Assembly: GCA_964632315.1 (NCBI GenBank)
Contig: CAZWEM010000002.1
Span: 102,734 to 166,733, forward strand
Length of the DNA: 64,000 nt
Direction of reading: 5' to 3'
Origin: an uncultured archaeon
Lineage (GTDB): Archaea > Asgardarchaeota > Lokiarchaeia > Sigyniarchaeales > SOKP01
Part shown: piece by piece, positions 61,507-64,000 of the stretch
Numbering within the stretch: position 1 is the first letter of the stretch
Layout: every line of letters starts with the position of its first letter
Notes under the pieces: model-generated
What the model was told of the DNA's origin: nothing
Seen by the model: the letters and a program-made list of their open reading frames with translations, nothing else
Database searches by the model: none
Made by a program: the position numbers and the translations under genes

Positions 61507-64000
61507 AATTTAAAAATTTAAGTCGGAAGAGTAAAAAAACACTGAAAACTCTCTTGCTATTCATTTTTTTAATCGGAACTCCTTCCATTACACTCGTGTT
61601 AGTTAACATACCATTCATATGGTATTTTCCTGAAAAAACAGCAATGCAAACTAAGACAAACGTGGATATTTTTACTCGAACTCACCAAAATGAAGTTGGA
61701 TTATTTATAGAACCAAGTATTGAAGTTACGTATAGAGCAGTTGATTGTATTGACTTTACATTAAATGGTTCTTCTATTTTCAATCCAAATTTATTTTCTC
61801 AGGAATATTTATCTAATTTCATGCTCAATTATTTAATAGAAAAACAGAGTTCAGATGGATCCTATGGTGATATAAATGGGTTAGGCTCGTTAGCTTCAGC
61901 ATTTCAAGTAATAGACACAATTGATAGAATAGATCCTAATTTTTTAAACAATCCCCAACTTAATTATAGAATTCAAAGCCTTGGAAACTACATTAACTCA
62001 TCTTTAAACCGTGCGGGATGGGGATTTCAAGCTAATACATTACTTAATGATTCTGATATCATATCTACTTTTTATGCCCTAAATTTAGTGAATCGTTTTT
62101 CGCTTCCGGGAATATTGAATAATTCAAATATCAAGAAATTTATTAATTCTACATTTCTTCCAGCACTGGGGGGTGCAGGATACTATCTTACAAATTACTC
62201 ACTTCAAAGCAATTTAGAAACTAATTATTATGGGATAAATGCCTTTTTAGAGTCGGGAATGAATTATTCTTTCTTTGAACCATTGGCAATTTACACGTTT
62301 ATTACCTCATTATATAATTCTTCAAACGGGGGATACCGAGATCCTCTCGGTTTAATACCTGACATACAGTCTACATATTTTGCTTTAGCTGCTTTAGACC
62401 TACTTGGTTTCTCATTCCATGATGCCAATAAAACTTTACGATTTATTCTCAATAATCAACGGGCAGATGGGGCTTATGGTTTAAGAAAAGGGGATGAGCC
62501 CAATTTTAAATCAGGTTGGGCAGCTAATAAAGCAATTACCCTTTTAGAATCAAAAATAATTCTTTCTCCTATTGAATTACAAGAACTAAATCAGAGTAAA
62601 ATTGCTTATTACGATTGGATCCATTATTTTCAAGCCTACAATACTCTTTTTGGTTCTATCACTCTAGAATCAAATTATTTTGGAGTTCTTGCTTTAGAGA
62701 ATTTTTCTCCGGGTAATTTACTACAATATTTAGGAATAGATCAAATTAATTCAATCTTGAATTATGTAATCGAATGCTATAATCTTGATGAAGGAGGATT
62801 TGGATCTACACCTAATTCCGAAACGACGTTATTTTCCACCTATTGTGCTTTAAATATTGTCGAGATATTCTTTGATTATCCAAATTTAGAAAATATTATT
62901 AATCCTTATTATGTTAATTTACGTCCAAATATATCAAGTTACATATTGGATCTTCAAAATGATGATGGGGGATTCAGAGCAGGAGGAGATGTAGAATATA
63001 TCTTATCCTTATACATTCCTTATCATGAAGTATTATTGAATTTATTAGATACCAATATATCTACCATACAATCGACTTTTTGGGCTTTGGATAGCTTAGT
63101 ATTTTTAGATACCTTAGATAGAATTAACAACGACAATATGACTCATTGGGTAAGATCTAGTCAAAACGCTGATGGAGGATTTTCTATATTCATTGGGTTC
63201 CATAGTGATACAATATCTACATACTACGGACTTGAAATATTTAAAGAGATATTACTTCAAGATCCATTATCCAAGACGAGCGTAATCGAATTTCTGAAAT
63301 CTGCTCAATTAACCGACGGAAGTTTTAGCCTTTTGCCTGCACTTGGGACCTACTTAAATTTACCCACAAATTTCATAGTAACATATCTTGCATCTAAAGC
63401 TTTATATGATTTTGACAATCAACCGGAGGATATTCAGAGTGCTCTTTCATGGTACGCTGGATGTATTAGCCCTACTACGGGAGGGATAGGAGATGCACCA
63501 AATTTTGGAGGAGATATAAGAAATTCGGCATATGGAATTGTGATTATCGATGAATTAAAAATTGATCAGAGTTTTAATTCTAAACCTTGGAATCAATTAT
63601 TATTTTATATTCTTCTTACTGAAGCGGGATTAATAGTTCTCTATATCATGATAAGATTTTATCAAAGATTATCAATTCCTAAAAAAATTAAACTACGATT
63701 AGGAATTGGTGAAAAGTTAACAACAGAATATCTAAGTCAGTTCAAAGCAATCAATTGCGAAAACTTAAGTGTTTTTGCAGGAAAAAAACTGATCGTAGAC
63801 TCTGTTACAATGAATTTGGATCATGGTAAAATTTTAGGTATTTTAGGAGAAAGTGGTGCTGGAAAATCAACATTGATGATGATCCTTAAGGGCGTCTATC
63901 CATGGGGGACATTTGACGGAAAAATATATTATGATGATGAAGAATTAAAGCTCGAAGGGGGTTCTATTCGGCAGGCAAGTGAAGAAGGCATTTCGATTGT
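61503..64000 (+). CDS. Partial protein (>830 aa): TM - extracellular prenyltransferase/squalene-cyclase repeats - TM - ABC ATPase; not in ORF track
   Basis: Open from GTG 61503 (GTGA overlap) to the window end; repeats QSSDGSYG, QRADGAYG, QNDDGGF, QNADGGFS, QLTDGSFS and ST(F/Y)(Y/F/W)AL; TM about 63590-63660; Walker A GESGAGKST at 63846-63872. Confidence 0.88.
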   Translation, partial: MKFKNLSRKSKKTLKTLLLFIFLIGTPSITLVLVNIPFIWYFPEKTAMQTKTNVDIFTRTHQNEVGLFIEPSIEVTYRAVDCIDFTLNGSSIFNPNLFSQEYLSNFMLNYLIEKQSSDGSYGDINGLGSLASAFQVIDTIDRIDPNFLNNPQLNYRIQSLGNYINSSLNRAGWGFQANTLLNDSDIISTFYALNLVNRFSLPGILNNSNIKKFINSTFLPALGGAGYYLTNYSLQSNLETNYYGINAFLESGMNYSFFEPLAIYTFITSLYNSSNGGYRDPLGLIPDIQSTYFALAALDLLGFSFHDANKTLRFILNNQRADGAYGLRKGDEPNFKSGWAANKAITLLESKIILSPIELQELNQSKIAYYDWIHYFQAYNTLFGSITLESNYFGVLALENFSPGNLLQYLGIDQINSILNYVIECYNLDEGGFGSTPNSETTLFSTYCALNIVEIFFDYPNLENIINPYYVNLRPNISSYILDLQNDDGGFRAGGDVEYILSLYIPYHEVLLNLLDTNISTIQSTFWALDSLVFLDTLDRINNDNMTHWVRSSQNADGGFSIFIGFHSDTISTYYGLEIFKEILLQDPLSKTSVIEFLKSAQLTDGSFSLLPALGTYLNLPTNFIVTYLASKALYDFDNQPEDIQSALSWYAGCISPTTGGIGDAPNFGGDIRNSAYGIVIIDELKIDQSFNSKPWNQLLFYILLTEAGLIVLYIMIRFYQRLSIPKKIKLRLGIGEKLTTEYLSQFKAINCENLSVFAGKKLIVDSVTMNLDHGKILGILGESGAGKSTLMMILKGVYPWGTFDGKIYYDDEELKLEGGSIRQASEEGISI

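Noticed and set aside
1-64000. CRISPR arrays, IS elements, integrases, rRNA
   Set aside because: No regularly spaced repeats, transposase or integrase motifs, or GC-rich rRNA-like tracts; no att-like duplicate of the tRNA-His 3' end was noticed.

Overview
AT-rich (~30% GC by eye), gene-dense archaeal chromosomal segment, most consistent with an Asgard archaeon (Lokiarchaeia-like). This is inferred from GGTGA-type ribosome-binding sites, a BHB tRNA intron, archaeal Hsp20/AcdA/AOR/FrhB genes, a longin/uDENN-like protein and paralogous CPxC zinc-finger orphans. No mobile elements, rRNA or CRISPR arrays were seen. Content is mostly anaerobic metabolism: pyrF, FprA, a GltD-like oxidoreductase, hisS, a D-threonine aldolase-like/RidA/AOR/UxaA run, LutAB-like and GlcD/GlcF-like dehydrogenases, a four-subunit 2-oxoacid:ferredoxin oxidoreductase operon ending in an FrhB-PyrK fusion, lsrF, leuACD, acdA and two ABC exporter operons. 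Four elements are missing from the ORF track: (1) a 36-aa leucine-rich leader peptide with competing RNA pairings directly upstream of leuACD, a candidate ribosome-dependent attenuator in an archaeon and the top finding; (2) tRNA-His(GUG) with a 30-nt intron in the T-loop (58/59); (3) a ferredoxin-like delta subunit that apparently starts at ATT; (4) a >830-aa protein running off the window end that joins an extracellular prenyltransferase-repeat domain, through a transmembrane helix, to a cytoplasmic ABC ATPase. Its last ~130 nt may be a chimeric join.
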